Shown: positions 62,761 through 64,000 of the stretch, in pieces
Position numbering within the stretch: position 1 is the stretch's first letter
Layout: each line of letters begins with the position of its first letter
Assembly (NCBI GenBank): GCA_049584975.1
Contig: JBAUYV010000179.1
Span: 59-64,058 of the forward strand
Length of the DNA: 64,000 nt
Source of the DNA: Xanthobacteraceae bacterium
GTDB taxonomy: Bacteria > Pseudomonadota > Alphaproteobacteria > Rhizobiales > Xanthobacteraceae
Reading direction: 5' to 3'
Made by a program: the position numbers and the translations under genes
Notes under the pieces: generated by a model
Seen by the model: the letters and a program-made list of their open reading frames with translations, nothing else
The model's database searches: none
What the model was told of the DNA's origin: nothing

Positions 62761-64000
62761 CCGGCCGTTCGTCCTGGCCATGGCCGGAGCCGGCGGGCCG
62801 CGCATCGCCGCCTTGAACGAAGCGGCAGAAACCGCAGGTCTTTCACCCGGCGAGCCTCTGGCCGATGCGCGCGCGAAAGCGGGATTTCTGCAAGTGCGCA
62901 CCGTCGACACCGCCGCCGACGATGCGGCGCTGCGCCGGCTTACGTTGTGGGCGACGCGCTATACGCCGACCGCCTCGCCGTGGGACGAGGAAAACGGCGC
63001 CGACGGTTTTTTCCTCGAGGTCGAAGGTTCGGCGCATCTGTTCGGCGGCGAGCAAAGCCTCATCGCCGATCTTTCGGTGCGGCTGGAAAAAAATTTCGGC
63101 CTGCCGGCACGACTCGCAGTCGCCGCCACGCCCGGCGCAGCCTGGGCACTGGCGCGCTTTCACGCCACGCCCCTCTACGTCCTGCCCTCGGGTCAGGAAG
63201 CTGCGGCGCTTTCGCTGCTTCCCGTCGAAGCGCTGTGGCTTGCGCCGGACATTTGCGCAACACTGCGCCGGCTCGGCTTCAAAACCGTCGGCGCCCTGCT
63301 GGACAAACCGCGCGCACCGTTCGCCGCGCGTTTTTCTGCAAAACTTCTTCGTCGTCTCGACCAGGCGCTGGGCCGCGCCGACGAGCCGCTGGTGCCCGTC
63401 GTGCCGCCGCCGGTCTATCACTCTTTGCGTTATCTGCTCGAGCCGATCGCCACCCAGGAGGCGGTCGTTGCGCTCGCCAGCCGCCTCATGCAGACGCTGG
63501 CACACGTGCTTGTGCGCGACGACGTTGGCGCGCGCACGCTGAAACTTTCGCTCTATCGCGTCGACGGCGAGGTCAAGACGCTCGATATCGGACTGACGCT
63601 GCCGACACGCAGCGCTGCGCATGTGGCGCGCCTAATCGAACTGAAGCTCGATGCGGCAGCGGCGGCGGACGATGCCGGCTTCGGCTTCGAAGCCGTCGGC
63701 CTTGCCATCACCCGCGCCGAACCGATGCCGGCGCAACAGACGGAGCTGCCATCGGCCGAAAACGACGCCGACCGGACAGAGCAATGCGCCGCCCTCGTGG
63801 ACGCCCTGCGCCAGCGTCTTGGACCGCAGCGCGTGCGGCGGTTCGCGGCAGTGGCCAGTCACCTTCCCGAACGCGCTGAAGTCCTGTTGCCGGTCGAGGC
63901 ATTTCAATCGGTATCGCGATCGGACCCTCCCCTTTCCGGGGAAGATGAAAAGCAATCACGCCCGCTTTTGCTCTTGCCGCGCGCCGAGCCGGCCGAGGAA
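62654..64000 (+). CDS. imuB: ImuB (Y-family DNA polymerase-like), partial; continues beyond the window
   Basis: Not in the ORF track because there is no stop in the window. My own translation is open for 449 codons: MSRIVSVWLPRWPILR...RRLTLWATRYTPTASPWDEENGADGFFLEVEGSAHLFGGE...LPVEALWLAPDICATLRRLGFKTVGAL. It overlaps the imuA 3-prime end by 107 nt. Confidence 0.8.
   Translation, partial: MSRIVSVWLPRWPILRVLAAQAKATKNSSQEPIAPDRPFVLAMAGAGGPRIAALNEAAETAGLSPGEPLADARAKAGFLQVRTVDTAADDAALRRLTLWATRYTPTASPWDEENGADGFFLEVEGSAHLFGGEQSLIADLSVRLEKNFGLPARLAVAATPGAAWALARFHATPLYVLPSGQEAAALSLLPVEALWLAPDICATLRRLGFKTVGALLDKPRAPFAARFSAKLLRRLDQALGRADEPLVPVVPPPVYHSLRYLLEPIATQEAVVALASRLMQTLAHVLVRDDVGARTLKLSLYRVDGEVKTLDIGLTLPTRSAAHVARLIELKLDAAAAADDAGFGFEAVGLAITRAEPMPAQQTELPSAENDADRTEQCAALVDALRQRLGPQRVRRFAAVASHLPERAEVLLPVEAFQSVSRSDPPLSGEDEKQSRPLLLLPRAEPAEE

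Noticed and set aside
62865-63879. Plus-strand ORFs 62865-63542 and 62947-63879, and minus-strand ORF 62843-63622
   Set aside because: These are alternative frames over the imuB coding region. The frame starting at 62654 gives a clear ImuB-like protein. The others are Arg/Ala-rich with no motifs.

Overview
The window is high-GC DNA that looks like an alphaproteobacterial chromosome, probably Hyphomicrobiales and Bradyrhizobiaceae/Nitrobacteraceae-like. That placement is an inference from four things: a GcrA gene, an imuA-imuB cassette behind GTTC-N7-GTTC SOS boxes, several Bug/TctC and NMT1-type binding proteins, and typical REP-like hairpin repeats. About 80 protein genes can be supported.

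Most are ordinary housekeeping or catabolic functions:
- an aromatic-type cluster (YciI, HIBADH-like oxidoreductase, extradiol dioxygenase, two tandem amidohydrolase-2 paralogs)
- speD-speE
- a livGF-SBP-HM branched-chain amino acid transporter
- scoAB
- meaB
- an NMT1-type ABC transporter
- assorted stress and redox proteins

I saw no rRNA, tRNA, CRISPR array, prophage or recognisable defence system.

The one clear accessory segment is a 2.68-kb IS1595-family (ISNwi1-like) element at 15549-18232. It has 14-bp terminal inverted repeats and a perfect 8-bp target-site duplication. It carries three non-transposase cargo ORFs and a densely structured non-coding segment of about 240 nt that ends in an intrinsic terminator. 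This cargo module is the best candidate here for something undescribed, but its function is unknown.

Other notable signals:
- an identical 13-mer containing a perfect DnaA box, present three times
- candidate TetR operators sharing a TTTCAAAC octamer
- two standalone sCache_2 proteins, one embedded in an ABC operon
- several REP-like repeat families bracketing single genes
- an outer-membrane-protein gene remnant next to an orphan clpS
- an unlisted 58-aa zinc-finger ORF

All family assignments come from motif recognition by eye. No searches were run.
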